The translations under genes and the position numbers were made by a program. Shown one piece after another: positions 28,772-39,082 of a stretch of 64,000 nucleotides of DNA. Below the pieces are notes generated by a model. The model searched no databases. It saw only the letters and a program-made list of their open reading frames with translations, and was not told where the DNA came from. Positions within the stretch are counted from its first letter, which is position 1. Each line of letters begins with the position of its first letter. The stretch lies in the NCBI GenBank assembly GCA_001771135.1, contig MESW01000005.1:17467-81466 (forward strand), written 5' to 3'. This DNA is from a candidate division CPR3 bacterium GWF2_35_18. Lineage in GTDB: Bacteria > Patescibacteriota > CPR3 > GWF2-35-18.

Positions 28772-28789
28772 AAGGAAACCTCCTTTAAT

Positions 28790-29368
28790 TTAGAGTAGTT
28801 TTATCTCCATGCTGGATTTAAAATAACAGTTTTCAATAGTTATTCGGCTATCTGGGACAGAACCATTTGAATTAATTTCGGTGACTTCTCCGGAAAAAGT
28901 TCCTTCAATATTGCTACCATTAAATTTAGTGACATCCACTTTAAAAGAATCCCCGTTATCAAAATCGGTCCCAAAACTTTTGGAGACACCATCACCATAA
29001 CTGATTCCGACATTACTTTCGGCTTTTGTCTGCGTATAGCTGCTAACTGAATTTGCCGGAATTGCGACCTGCAAACTGTGAGGCGTTCCTCCGTTTTCGA
29101 CATCTTCTCCTGCCATTAGTAGAATAGATTCTCTTTTTGTCGTCGCATCTACAAAAGAATTCACGATAATCATCTTATGGTAAACATCTTTACGGTTATC
29201 AATATCACACTTAATATAATTATCGGTCAGAATATTAGTATTAGAATTTGTCTCGTTTGAAGAGCTTGGGGAAGAATTTTTGTTTTTGAAAAAGAAAAAG
29301 TAGATCAGAAAAAAGATAATAAGTAACAGCAAAAAAAGAATCACAAAAAGTAGTTTTTTGTTTTTCAT
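28790..29368 (-). CDS. Hypothetical secreted protein with a signal anchor and S/N/T-rich linker. I prefer the start at M25 with an AAGGAG SD.
   Basis: MKNKKLLFVILFLLLLIIFFLIYFFF is a TM anchor. The longer track ORF would overlap the upstream gene. Confidence 0.45.
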   Translation of the reverse strand: MKNKKLLFVILFLLLLIIFFLIYFFFFKNKNSSPSSSNETNSNTNILTDNYIKCDIDNRKDVYHKMIIVNSFVDATTKRESILLMAGEDVENGGTPHSLQVAIPANSVSSYTQTKAESNVGISYGDGVSKSFGTDFDNGDSFKVDVTKFNGSNIEGTFSGEVTEINSNGSVPDSRITIENCYFKSSMEIKLL

Positions 29369-29432
29369 GGACGGCTCCTTGAGCATAAATATATATCTAG
29401 ATTTTAACAGGAAGGAAGAAAAGAGGAAAGAG

Positions 29433-30302
29433 CTAGACAATCCGACCGCCCTCTTTGATCATCCAGGCATAAAAGTCCCCCGGGCGGGAATGAGCAAAAC
29501 CGATATCAAAGCGTAAGAAAATATCTTTATAATCAGTATTGATAAATACAGTTCGGAATTTATCCTCAAGACCATCGAAACTGACGCCATAGGGATCGGG
29601 AAGAAGGTTGAAAACTTCTGCCCGCGTTAACGTGGTCTCGATGTCAAACTGCATCACTGGCACTTTGTTGTAATCGGAATAAACAAATTCGAACTTCGGA
29701 TTGCGATTTACTGTGGTATTCGTGATCCCTTTTTCATTTTCGGCTTTGGTACAGGGAATGATAAACGGCCACTCCTCACCCTCCGGGTAACGGACAAGGT
29801 AACAACTTTCCGCAATCATTTCCCGAAAGGAAAGATATTCTTTTTCCGGGATATCCACGCTCGAAAAGTTCATTCCGGTATGATTCACCTCTTTGCATTT
29901 TCCTTTGAATCGCGAAAGTAACTGTGCTAGCGTCAACTGATAATATTTCTTACGATTAGCGGTAACGACGCAATATTCGCCCGCTGCATCTTTTTTGATT
30001 TCAAATTTTTTATTTGAATCAGAAGCCGATTGTAATTTCGGTACATTGAAACCAAAGCGCAAACCACCAGCTTGATAGAGTTTTTGTGGTATTTCCGGAT
30101 CCTGAAATGAAACCGATACCGCTTCTTCGTCAAAAAATATTTCCGTGGTAGGAAGAAGTTTCCGACTACCGAGAGTTATAGTCTTGTCATTAAGCATTTT
30201 CACGTTATGGCAAGATGATAATAACGAAATGAAATCAGCAGCAAAGCTCTGATTCCAAGGAGCAGTAGATTTTCTGAGTTTGAGTTGGATGTTATTAATC
30301 AT
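29433..30302 (-). CDS. Hypothetical 289-aa cytoplasmic protein, the last gene of the hsd-linked gene string.
   Basis: ORF. It lies 29 nt downstream of the receiver-like gene with the same orientation. Confidence 0.45.
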   Translation of the reverse strand: MINNIQLKLRKSTAPWNQSFAADFISLLSSCHNVKMLNDKTITLGSRKLLPTTEIFFDEEAVSVSFQDPEIPQKLYQAGGLRFGFNVPKLQSASDSNKKFEIKKDAAGEYCVVTANRKKYYQLTLAQLLSRFKGKCKEVNHTGMNFSSVDIPEKEYLSFREMIAESCYLVRYPEGEEWPFIIPCTKAENEKGITNTTVNRNPKFEFVYSDYNKVPVMQFDIETTLTRAEVFNLLPDPYGVSFDGLEDKFRTVFINTDYKDIFLRFDIGFAHSRPGDFYAWMIKEGGRIV

Positions 30303-30331
30303 AAAATTATACTTCTAAAATATATTATTTT

Positions 30332-30721
30332 TTAAATCTGATTTGCTTGCTGATCATCAAAAAAGCGTTTTATTTCGTTTGATAATTGTTCCAATGTCAA
30401 AGATGATTTTATAAGAAATTTGATCGCTCCAAGTTTTAAACACTCATTAACTATTTGTTCATTACCGAGATTTGAACAGACCATGATAGGAGTATTTTTT
30501 GAAATGTCATTCGATTTAATTCTTTTTATTACTTGCATTCCGTCAAATTTTGGAAGCATTATGCAAGTGATAATTAAATCGTACTTATTAGTAAAAGCTA
30601 AGTTAATGCCTTTTTCACCATCCAGAGCAAAATCAACAGTATAACCTGCTCCTTCGAATGACTCTTTCAAAATTGAAACTAAATAATCACTATCTTCAAT
30701 CCAAAGTATTTTTTTAGGCAT
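30332..30721 (-). CDS. Stand-alone CheY-like receiver (REC) domain with Cys in place of the phospho-acceptor Asp (atypical or pseudo-receiver).
   Basis: Aligning to CheY, the acidic pocket is WIEDSD (CheY VVDDFS), the conserved Lys is in FLIKS, and YDLIITCIMLPKFDG aligns with YGFVISDWNMPNMDG. This places Cys at the D57 position. Thr87 is also replaced (MVCSN). It starts 6 nt after the hsdR stop. Confidence 0.6.
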   Translation of the reverse strand: MPKKILWIEDSDYLVSILKESFEGAGYTVDFALDGEKGINLAFTNKYDLIITCIMLPKFDGMQVIKRIKSNDISKNTPIMVCSNLGNEQIVNECLKLGAIKFLIKSSLTLEQLSNEIKRFFDDQQANQI

Positions 30722-30726
30722 AAAAA

Positions 30727-33165
30727 TTATTTATATAAATATTCAGAATTTATTTTTGCATACAGATTTTTCTGAAACGCAAAGAAAATTGATCTAATAT
30801 CTTCAACATCACCAAGAGACTCTTCTGCATTTGCAATTGCTTGATATTTTAGATTCAACAATACTGGTAGTTTTTCTTCGTCCAATTCTTCAACACCCTT
30901 TTCTTCATATTTAGATAAAACAAAATCCAAGAATTCTTTTTGTTTTGTATCTAAACCTTTGTAAATTTTATCTTTTGATTGTTCAACTCGCTGCACCCTC
31001 GTAATCGGTTGAGTTAAAAATGATATGTATGAAAGTACGTCGAATAAATCACTCTGTTCTGCATCAATCATTTTTTGTAATGTTTCTAGTTCATCCCTAC
31101 CATAACCAATTTCCGCTATTTTATCTAAAAATGCCTTACGAGTTGTCGGGTTGGACCAAATCTTTCGGAGCTCTTCTTCACTTTGGAAAAACTCCGGCAT
31201 GGTACCAAACATCTTATCCATAAACTCCTGAATTGAAATCGGTTTTCCATCGGCACTCCAAAATGAAGTTGCAATCATGTGTTTTATCTCTCGTTCTTTC
31301 CCATCCCGTAATTTAATTTTCAATATTTTTTTCGGTGTATTTCCACATTGACATGGAAATTTCCCGCATACAGGACATAATGCATGTTCTTTAATACATA
31401 CGCATGGTTCTTGCCCACAAACCGGACAAATTCTAGGAGGCTTTACATCACAAATACAAGGATCCTTTCCACACTTTAAACAAATTTCAGCCATTGATTC
31501 ACCATCCCATTCCGGATCAGAAAAATGCTTGTGAGCATCAACAAAGTCATATATCGTAAAATATTCTTTTCCGTCAAAAAGTCTCGTTCCTCGACCAATA
31601 ATCTGTTTGAACTCAATCATGGAATTGATTGGTCTCATCAAAACAATATTTCGGATATTACGTGCGTCCACTCCGGTAGAAAGTTTTTGTGAAGTCGTGA
31701 GAATTGTGGGTATTGTTTTTTCATTATCTTGAAATTCACGTAAAAACTGATCTCCTCGAGCTCCATCATTGGCAGTAACGCGGACACAATAATTTGGATC
31801 TTTACTATCTTTCATTTGATTAATTAAGTCTCGAACCGCCAGCGCATGATCTTGGGTGGCGCAGAATATAATCGTCTTTTCGTTTTGGTTTATTTCATCT
31901 AATATTACACGAACTCTTTTGGCCTCACGCTCTTTGATAACAATAATTCGATTGAAATCAGGTTCTTCATAAATTTTGCCTTCTTCTACTTCTCCTTCAA
32001 TTATTTGATCGTCAGAAGTATACACATAATCATCAATTGTGGTTTTGATTCGTTTAATTTTGAAAGGTGTCAGAAATCCATCGTTTACACCTTCTTTGAG
32101 AGAATAAATATATACTGGTTCTCCAAAATATTTATAAGTATCAATATTATCTTTTCTTTTTGGAGTAGCCGTGAGACCAAGCTGAACTGCTGGAGAAAAA
32201 TATTCCATAATCCCTCGCCAATTACCTTCATCATTTGCCCCGCCACGATGACATTCGTCAATAATAATAAAATCAAAGAAGTCAGGAGGATAATCGCCAA
32301 AATATGGCGAACCATTTGGACCGCTCACAAAAGTTTGGAAAATCGTAAAATAAACACTCCCACTCATTGGAACTCCACCTTTTTTACGAATATCAAGGGT
32401 ATTGATACGAACTAGCGCATCAGAAGGAAATGCGGAAAAGTTATTGTATGCTTGATCAGCTAAAATATTTCTATCAGCCAAAAATAATATTCTTGGTCTA
32501 CGAGCTCCATCTCGTTTCAGATTCCAACGAGTTTGAAAAAGTTTCCAAGCTACTTGAAAAGCCACGGCAGTTTTTCCGGTTCCAGTTGCCATGGTCAAAA
32601 GAATTCTAGGTTTTTCTTCTGATACTGCATTCAAAATATTATTGATGGCAATTTCTTGATAATACCGTTTTCCGTATTCGCCTTCATTAGGTATGCTGGC
32701 AAATTTATCTTTCCATTCATTCCAACCCGCTTTGCCAGCAGGTAGGTCTAAAAATGTTTTATTCCATAATTCTAAAGGAGTCGGAAAACTGGCAATATTT
32801 CCTTCTTTTCCAGTTTCCATGGAGATTTCATAAAGCTCTTTACCATTAGTGGAATAGGTATAGTTAATCTTCATTTTTTGCGCATACGCTTTGGCTTGAG
32901 CCACACCTTCAGTCGCTTCAAAGTTTTCAGCTTTAGCTTCTATGACTGCAATTTTGCGATTTTTATATACCAAAATATAATCAGCAATCTCTGATTTACT
33001 TCGAACTCCCCCGGACTGAATTCTTCCTTCGGTAATACGATATTCACGCAGGATTTTTGATCCTTCGACTTCACCCCAACCACTAGCTTTTAATTTTGGA
33101 TCAATATATTCGGCTCTTGTTTCTGATTCGTTCATATTATTTCCTAAATAGTTTAATATAATCAT
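30727..33165 (-). CDS. hsdR: Type I restriction enzyme R subunit (EcoEI/type IB-like, 812 aa), with an unusual Cys-rich triple CPxCGxxPCxC insertion.
   Basis: The N-terminal HSDR_N PD-(D/E)xK nuclease has D...IEAK. The SF2 helicase motifs are I (TMATGTGKT), II (DECHR) and VI (QIIGRGTR). The C-terminal region is EcoEI_R_C-like. Confidence 0.85.
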   Translation of the reverse strand: MIILNYLGNNMNESETRAEYIDPKLKASGWGEVEGSKILREYRITEGRIQSGGVRSKSEIADYILVYKNRKIAVIEAKAENFEATEGVAQAKAYAQKMKINYTYSTNGKELYEISMETGKEGNIASFPTPLELWNKTFLDLPAGKAGWNEWKDKFASIPNEGEYGKRYYQEIAINNILNAVSEEKPRILLTMATGTGKTAVAFQVAWKLFQTRWNLKRDGARRPRILFLADRNILADQAYNNFSAFPSDALVRINTLDIRKKGGVPMSGSVYFTIFQTFVSGPNGSPYFGDYPPDFFDFIIIDECHRGGANDEGNWRGIMEYFSPAVQLGLTATPKRKDNIDTYKYFGEPVYIYSLKEGVNDGFLTPFKIKRIKTTIDDYVYTSDDQIIEGEVEEGKIYEEPDFNRIIVIKEREAKRVRVILDEINQNEKTIIFCATQDHALAVRDLINQMKDSKDPNYCVRVTANDGARGDQFLREFQDNEKTIPTILTTSQKLSTGVDARNIRNIVLMRPINSMIEFKQIIGRGTRLFDGKEYFTIYDFVDAHKHFSDPEWDGESMAEICLKCGKDPCICDVKPPRICPVCGQEPCVCIKEHALCPVCGKFPCQCGNTPKKILKIKLRDGKEREIKHMIATSFWSADGKPISIQEFMDKMFGTMPEFFQSEEELRKIWSNPTTRKAFLDKIAEIGYGRDELETLQKMIDAEQSDLFDVLSYISFLTQPITRVQRVEQSKDKIYKGLDTKQKEFLDFVLSKYEEKGVEELDEEKLPVLLNLKYQAIANAEESLGDVEDIRSIFFAFQKNLYAKINSEYLYK
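31348..31482 (-). other. Cys-rich zinc-ribbon-like insertion inside HsdR (residues about 562-606). It holds three tandem C-P/K-x-C-G-x-x-P-C-x-C units.
   Basis: [22 protein letters not shown] and [11 protein letters not shown] sit between the helicase C-terminal motif VI and the EcoEI_R_C-like tail. Confidence 0.5.
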
Positions 33166-34279
33166 CCATCACAAAAATACGGTTTCGGGAAAAACCTGTT
33201 TTTTCCTTTAGAATACCTAAGGTTACAAAATCCTGCACTAGGTTATTTGCAGCGACATACTGAATATCAAGAATTTTTTCCACGTTTTTAATACTTATCA
33301 CCGGTTCAGAAAACAAATTTATGAGGAGATCTCGTCCTCTCTTGGACTTTTTACCCAAGGTGGAAATCTTACCCTCAAAGATACTTCGAAGGGTAATAAT
33401 ATTCTCAAAGGTTCTTTTTGATTTTTTTGCGGTCTCGGTCACACCTTCCAAGAAAAATAAAATCCACTGCCCCAAATCATCACTTCTTCTTACCTTATCA
33501 AGAGAGTCATAATAAGATTGTCTATGTGTCTCAAAAAAATCAGATATGTACAGAACAGGATATTTCAAAAACTTTTTCTCAATAAGCTGAAGAGAAATAA
33601 CTAAACGACCAATACGCCCATTACCGTCTAAAAATGGATGAATAGTTTCGAATTGATAGTGTCCAATTGCTATTTTAATAAGGACAGGTATGTCGAGAGA
33701 ATTGTTATGCCAAAACTTTTCCCAATCAGATAGTAATTCCGGAAGATGCTGAATATGTGGGGGAACGAAATGGGCGGTATCTATAGATGCACCACCAATC
33801 CAATTTTGACTTGTGCGAACTTCTCCGGGGCGTTTAACTTCTCCCCGCACACCAGACAAAAGAATATGATGCACTTCTTTAACCAAACGCATGGAAACAG
33901 GTAACTGCTTCAAATTACTAATCGCTTGATTCATGGCCGTTATGTAATTCTGAACTTCTTTCCAATCATCTCTTTTTTCTGGATCAATTTCATCCTCTGA
34001 GAGAAGAGCTTCATCCATTCCCGTCTTTGTGCCTTCAATCTTTGACGAACTCACTGCCTCAGACATCACATGCATCTGGATAAAAAAATCTACATCCGGC
34101 ACGAGCGTCCCGTAAGCATTGAGCTCCCCCAAAAGTCGCGTAGCTTCTTCCAAAGAGACCAATATCTTTTTATTATCTATATCAAAGTCATGATTAACGA
34201 GTGTCGGTAAAAAATACTCATAATGATGAGCTGTGTTCGGTTCAAAAACTATATTTTTACCTGATGTATAATTCTTCAT
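33137..34279 (-). CDS. fic: Fic family protein (Fic/Doc adenylyltransferase fold), embedded between hsdS and hsdR.
   Basis: Canonical Fic motif [12 protein letters not shown]. It overlaps the hsdR start by 29 nt. Confidence 0.85.
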   Translation of the reverse strand: MKNYTSGKNIVFEPNTAHHYEYFLPTLVNHDFDIDNKKILVSLEEATRLLGELNAYGTLVPDVDFFIQMHVMSEAVSSSKIEGTKTGMDEALLSEDEIDPEKRDDWKEVQNYITAMNQAISNLKQLPVSMRLVKEVHHILLSGVRGEVKRPGEVRTSQNWIGGASIDTAHFVPPHIQHLPELLSDWEKFWHNNSLDIPVLIKIAIGHYQFETIHPFLDGNGRIGRLVISLQLIEKKFLKYPVLYISDFFETHRQSYYDSLDKVRRSDDLGQWILFFLEGVTETAKKSKRTFENIITLRSIFEGKISTLGKKSKRGRDLLINLFSEPVISIKNVEKILDIQYVAANNLVQDFVTLGILKEKTGFSRNRIFVMDDYIKLFRK

Positions 34280-34394
34280 AAAAGTAATATAACATTCCTT
34301 ATTATTATTTGCAAGGCTAAAAGATAATATAAATAATCATACTATCTTTTGAATTCTGCCAAAAATCTATAATTCTACACCAAAAACTCTTTCG

Positions 34395-34445
34395 TCATTG
34401 TCATTCCCGTCCCCGCCTTCGCGAGGATAAACTCCAGCGGGAATC
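34395..34445. repeat. GC-rich structured patch with nested inverted repeats (ATTCCCG...CGGGAAT and CCCGC...GCGGG) in the hsdS-fic intergenic region.
   Basis: gtcattcccgtccccgccttcgcgaggataaactccagcgggaatcc is compositionally unlike its AT-rich surroundings. Confidence 0.35.
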
Positions 34446-34450
34446 CAGAT

Positions 34451-35632
34451 TTATAGTTCTCCATTAAAAGCTTTTTTGAGAACTGATTTTTTCAGTTCTT
34501 CTAGATCTGCTATTTTTTGTTTATATATTGCTTCCAGCTTTTTGGTTTCAGCAGAAAGCGCATCGAGTTTGGCGACGATGGATTTTTGTTCGGGAATAGA
34601 TGGAATATCAATTTTTTGAATTTTAAAAATTGCATGCGTAATGTCTGGTTGAGCCACTCTTCCAGCTAGATCTAAAATTTTGGATTTAAAAATTGGATTT
34701 TGTAACCAAATAAACAAATAATCCTTGGTTAATACTGATTTCGGTACAATCTTAAATGAGTTGTTATGCAAAATACCTTTCCTACCCCTAAAAACTAACC
34801 CTAATGAGCCCGTTCTTGTATAAATAATGTCTGATTCGTTTACGAGAGCATTTTTAGGGTAATTATTAGGATCAATATATTGTTCTTCTGTATTATTTTT
34901 TAAGTCCTTAATCCTTAATAAGGGTAAATTACTTTTTTTAACTAATGCATGTTTAGTTTTAGCATTTATAGCTATTCCTTGGTATAAATCACAAACATCG
35001 CCCAAACTTTTTTCTTCCCAATCCTTCCCCGGATTTGCAAAGACACTCTGCAAATACGATTCAAAAAGCTCTTTTGTATTTTGGAGATTTTTTCCCGCAT
35101 TTTCTTTCGCTTTTTCTATCTTTTCAAAAACCTCATCCAGGATTTTGACGATGCGGTGTTGTTCGGAGAGGGATGGGAGAGGGATTTTTATTTGTTTTAA
35201 AATCTTAACTGAAGCAACGTTTTTAATTGCCACCCCTTTTGAAATTTTTTTTAGACTATCTTGAAAGCCTTTGCTTTGCATCCATAACTTCAAAAATTCA
35301 TTTGATATTTGTTTTGATGGGGTTAATTTCAGCAATGCTTGATTAATTATTCCTTTTTTAATGTTTTTTGGAGCTATTGCTATTTTTCCCATTGTTCCCG
35401 AACAGCTCATTATTAAATCACCTGATTTTAATTCAAATCTTTCCATTTCTTTAAATTTTTTTTCATCAATAAAGTATCGGCTATTATCAAATTGATTGTA
35501 AATTGCATGCTGTTGCTCATAAACCGCATAACCGTCTTTCTTGAAAATAGATTTCGTAAGACTTCCCCCGAAAGGTCCTCTTACAAAATCACAAACCTCA
35601 CCGAGTTTTTTTGTTTGCCAGTTAGTTTTCAT
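34451..35632 (-). CDS. hsdS: Type I restriction-modification specificity subunit with two target-recognition domains.
   Basis: Duplicated TRD architecture with conserved central and C-terminal spacer repeats (LPSLSEQHRIVKILDEVF... and IPSIPEQKSIVAKLDAL...). Confidence 0.85.
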   Translation of the reverse strand: MKTNWQTKKLGEVCDFVRGPFGGSLTKSIFKKDGYAVYEQQHAIYNQFDNSRYFIDEKKFKEMERFELKSGDLIMSCSGTMGKIAIAPKNIKKGIINQALLKLTPSKQISNEFLKLWMQSKGFQDSLKKISKGVAIKNVASVKILKQIKIPLPSLSEQHRIVKILDEVFEKIEKAKENAGKNLQNTKELFESYLQSVFANPGKDWEEKSLGDVCDLYQGIAINAKTKHALVKKSNLPLLRIKDLKNNTEEQYIDPNNYPKNALVNESDIIYTRTGSLGLVFRGRKGILHNNSFKIVPKSVLTKDYLFIWLQNPIFKSKILDLAGRVAQPDITHAIFKIQKIDIPSIPEQKSIVAKLDALSAETKKLEAIYKQKIADLEELKKSVLKKAFNGEL

Positions 35633-37617
35633 ACTTTTCTTGTTAAATCAATAATCATTGGGACATTTGATTTTACTGCCTTTCCTGCAACTATTGCGTT
35701 GTATTGTTTTAAATTTGGCAACGTCAACACAAGATCTTTTCCAACATAATTACCTAAAAAATTAAAACTTGTTTCATCAAATGCTTGGAAACAGATTACT
35801 GTATTACATTGAGTCAAAATTGTTTTTGAGACATTTGCCGTTCTCTGTGCAATAACAAGCAAACCAATTCCATATTTTCTTCCCTGTAGAGCTATTTGCC
35901 CCATTTTATTTACAATTGCCTTGCTATCGAAATTATTAACTCCTAAAAAGGATGCTTCTGGTACTATTGTATGAGCTTCTTCTAATACAAGAGATATTTT
36001 TGTGGGGGTTTTTTCATCATATTTCTTTTTTGAAAAATTAAATATTGCTTCAAAAAGTTTCTCGGTTGCATTTATAACTTCAACTGTATTACTCATTACT
36101 GGCAATTCAACGATACCAATTTTATCTGAACCATTTAGAAAATTATCAATATTGTCTTTATTTAAAACTGTAACAATAACTTTAATATTTTCTAATTCCG
36201 TTTTCCATTCGCCGGTAAAATCAACACAGATAATTTTAGTATCTTTTGTAAGTTCTTTTATAATTTCGCGGGCTAGAAAAGATTTTCCCGATCCAGTTAC
36301 CCCTAAAAGTGCCATATGATGACTAACAGCATGATCTAGGTTAATAACAGAGGGTAGTGTCGTATTTGGGATTATCCCGAGTTTGTATTCAGGATATTTA
36401 AAACTTTTCACCTTTATATCAGATGTATTTGCTTTAAAAACTGGAGTATTGATAGACGGAACCCAACCAAATTTTTGAAATGATAATTTATCATTTTGCC
36501 ATTCTCCAAGCTGAATTGCTTCACCCTCAATAAAGCCAGTTTCGTTTTGGGCTTCTAACTTCTCTTTTTCAGTACTACCTGCAATTACTTGATAAAATAA
36601 TCTCTTATCGCCGACCTTTAATTCAAGCAAATCACCTTCCTGTAAGTCATCACTCTTTTTTGAATACTCAAATTTAATTTTTCCAATAGTAGAGTTTTCA
36701 ATAACTATGCCCACAAGACTATCAACATTTAATTCTTTATTTGTTGTATCAACCTCCTCAGAGTCAATTATTTTATAAACCATGTTTTTTTCTAGCTTTC
36801 CACCTTTTTTTTCAATTTCTCCTAATTGAAGAATTTTTGCCCATTTTCCCTGATTTAGTAAATATGTATCAAAAACTATTCCTGTAATAATAAAATCTAT
36901 TGTATCTTGCATGGAATACATAAACTTAACCACATCAAATTTTTTTATACTCTTTCTGTCCTTAAGAAGCTTTACAAGAAAAATCTTTTTTGACTGAACG
37001 CCAAATATTTCCCCAATCTGATCCCCTACGTCCTTTTTAATAGAAATGGCGAAACTTCCGTGAATATTTTTCGGATTTATTGATAAAATACAAAACCACA
37101 AAATGAATAAAATCAGAGTGTAGAGATTCTGAATTGAATGGTACGTTAGTAAAAAATAAATAAAGACAGAAGAATAAAGTACTCGCCCCTGCCCAATAAT
37201 AACCACAACATCTTTAAGTTTAGTTGCTACTTTATTTCCCCAATAATCTGGACTTTTATCCTTATCATCAAGAGAAAGTGCAATTATGGAGGCGGCGAGA
37301 AGTAGAATCAATATAACAATCGTTGTCCACCAAAACACTATATTCTCAAAAGAAGTTTTAATTGCGAGGAATACCAATAAAAGTGGAATTACGTTTGTGA
37401 TGACATTTTTCGGCGAGGTGTAATAGGGTTCAACGAATAAAATAGAAAACATAATCATAAAAATGCCTGAATAAAACCATAGATCTTTAGTTTCTGTGCT
37501 TGGTAAAAAAGTTCCAAAAGAAAAATATTGGACAATCACAAAAACAACAAAAAAAATGCCAAATATTATGAATCTATTTTTCGTTAAAAAACTAATATTT
37601 TTAAATAAATCTTTCAT
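35629..37617 (-). CDS. Membrane-anchored HerA/DUF87-like P-loop ATPase. It has about 6 N-terminal TMs and a HAS-barrel-like segment. The ATPase core has Walker A (GVTGSGKS) and Walker B (LVLEEAHT). It is embedded between hsdM and hsdS.
   Basis: HHMALLGVTGSGKSFLAREI and QGRKYGIGLLVIAQRTANVSKTILTQCNTVICFQAFDETSFNFLG match the HerA/DUF87 core. The first 200 aa are six hydrophobic helices. It overlaps both neighbours by 4 nt (ATGA), indicating translational coupling. Confidence 0.65.
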   Translation of the reverse strand: MKDLFKNISFLTKNRFIIFGIFFVVFVIVQYFSFGTFLPSTETKDLWFYSGIFMIMFSILFVEPYYTSPKNVITNVIPLLLVFLAIKTSFENIVFWWTTIVILILLLAASIIALSLDDKDKSPDYWGNKVATKLKDVVVIIGQGRVLYSSVFIYFLLTYHSIQNLYTLILFILWFCILSINPKNIHGSFAISIKKDVGDQIGEIFGVQSKKIFLVKLLKDRKSIKKFDVVKFMYSMQDTIDFIITGIVFDTYLLNQGKWAKILQLGEIEKKGGKLEKNMVYKIIDSEEVDTTNKELNVDSLVGIVIENSTIGKIKFEYSKKSDDLQEGDLLELKVGDKRLFYQVIAGSTEKEKLEAQNETGFIEGEAIQLGEWQNDKLSFQKFGWVPSINTPVFKANTSDIKVKSFKYPEYKLGIIPNTTLPSVINLDHAVSHHMALLGVTGSGKSFLAREIIKELTKDTKIICVDFTGEWKTELENIKVIVTVLNKDNIDNFLNGSDKIGIVELPVMSNTVEVINATEKLFEAIFNFSKKKYDEKTPTKISLVLEEAHTIVPEASFLGVNNFDSKAIVNKMGQIALQGRKYGIGLLVIAQRTANVSKTILTQCNTVICFQAFDETSFNFLGNYVGKDLVLTLPNLKQYNAIVAGKAVKSNVPMIIDLTRKV

Positions 37618-39065
37618 ATAAGTTTTTTAATATTACTTAAAATATTACCACTCTCCTCGTCCAGCTTCCTCATCTCTTTTAGTATATCCTTCGGTTCTCT
37701 CAAAACCACTTCATCATTTTTATTCGGATTTTTGACTGATAAATCAAATGTTTTTTGATCAATATTCTTCACATCCTCACTCCACGAATTTCCACTATCT
37801 GCCTTCGTCTTTTGCAATTCCACAAATTCCGCCAAATCGTTTTCATTTAAGGGATGACCTTTACCGAGATTACGAGCGAGATTGAGCTGGTAGAACCACA
37901 CTTTTTTCGTCGGCGCGCCTTTTTCGAAAAACAAGACCACAGTCTTTACCCCAGCTCCAGCAAAAACCCCACCAGGTAAATCAAGCACCGTGTGCAGATT
38001 ACAATTCTCTAGAAGGAGTTTGCGCAAAGAAACAGAGGCATTATCAGTATTGCTTAGAAAAGTATTCTTGATAACAATACCAGCCTTCCCGCCAGCTTTT
38101 AGAATTTTAATAAAATGTTGGAGAAAAAGAAAAGCCGTTTCGCCAGTCTTGATCGGGAAGTTTTGTTGGATTTCTCGTCCGATACCAGCACCAAAAGGTG
38201 GATTAGCAAGAACTACATCGTAACGATCTTTTTCTTGAATATCGTTAATATTTTCCGAAAGCGTATTCATATGTCTGATATTCGGCGCTTCAATACCGTG
38301 CAGGATCATATTCATGATGCCGATGATGTAAGCGAGAGATTTTATCTCTTTACCATAAAAAGTTTTATTTTGAAGTCTTTCCATCTCACCCGAAGAAAGC
38401 GTGGATTTATTCTGCATAAGATAATTATAAGATTCCACCAAAAATCCTGCGCTTCCACAAGCGCCATCATAAATAGTTTCACCAATCTTCGGTTTCACTA
38501 CCTTAACAATAGTTTTAATAAGTGGCCGTGGCGTGTAGTATTCACCACCGTTTCGTCCGGCGTTCCCCATATTCTTAATTTTCGCCTCATAGAGATGAGA
38601 AAGCTCGTGTTTCTCTTCGTACAAGCGAAAATGCATACCATCCACAATATTCAAAATCTTCCGTAAGGTATAACCGCTCACTATTTTATTTTTCAGCTCA
38701 TGAAAAATCTCACCAATTTTATACTCAATAGTGTTTGGTTCTTCTGCTCTGAATTTCTTAAGATAGGGAAAAAGTTTGTTGTTTACGAAATCTTTAAGAT
38801 CATCACCATCCAGCGCTTTGTTGTGATCCAATTTACCATCGCCATTTTTGGGACAAGCCCATGTGTTCCATCGGTATTCTGGAGATAAAATATATTCGTA
38901 TTTCTTACCAGCTAGAGCTGCTTCTGTCTTTTTGGTCTCCTCGAGATCATCCAGATATTTTAGAAATAGAATCCAGGAAGTTTGTTCAACATAATCAAGT
39001 TCCGTAGCACAACCAGAATCAGTACGAAGAATATCATCAATGTTTTTAAAGGATTGTTCAAACAT
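37614..39065 (-). CDS. hsdM: Type I restriction-modification N6-adenine DNA methyltransferase subunit.
   Basis: HsdM N-terminal domain, the YYTPRPLIKTIV motif, a SAM-binding DGACGSAGFL motif and the catalytic NPPFG. Confidence 0.9.
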   Translation of the reverse strand: MFEQSFKNIDDILRTDSGCATELDYVEQTSWILFLKYLDDLEETKKTEAALAGKKYEYILSPEYRWNTWACPKNGDGKLDHNKALDGDDLKDFVNNKLFPYLKKFRAEEPNTIEYKIGEIFHELKNKIVSGYTLRKILNIVDGMHFRLYEEKHELSHLYEAKIKNMGNAGRNGGEYYTPRPLIKTIVKVVKPKIGETIYDGACGSAGFLVESYNYLMQNKSTLSSGEMERLQNKTFYGKEIKSLAYIIGIMNMILHGIEAPNIRHMNTLSENINDIQEKDRYDVVLANPPFGAGIGREIQQNFPIKTGETAFLFLQHFIKILKAGGKAGIVIKNTFLSNTDNASVSLRKLLLENCNLHTVLDLPGGVFAGAGVKTVVLFFEKGAPTKKVWFYQLNLARNLGKGHPLNENDLAEFVELQKTKADSGNSWSEDVKNIDQKTFDLSVKNPNKNDEVVLREPKDILKEMRKLDEESGNILSNIKKLI

Positions 39066-39082
39066 AGTTTTTATTTGTTAAA

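Noticed and set aside
32005-32415. ORFs antisense or in alternate frames within hsdR (32005..32415 +, 32085..32315 -, 31020..31223 +).
   Set aside because: They are embedded in conserved hsdR helicase coding sequence.
34395-34445. A possible degraded tRNA fragment or att site in the GC-rich patch.
   Set aside because: I could not fit a T-arm or acceptor structure, and I saw no clear match to the tRNA-Pro 3' end. It is kept only as an unexplained structured patch.
38115-38666. A 183-aa plus-strand ORF.
   Set aside because: It is antisense to hsdM, over the NPPFG region. It is spurious.
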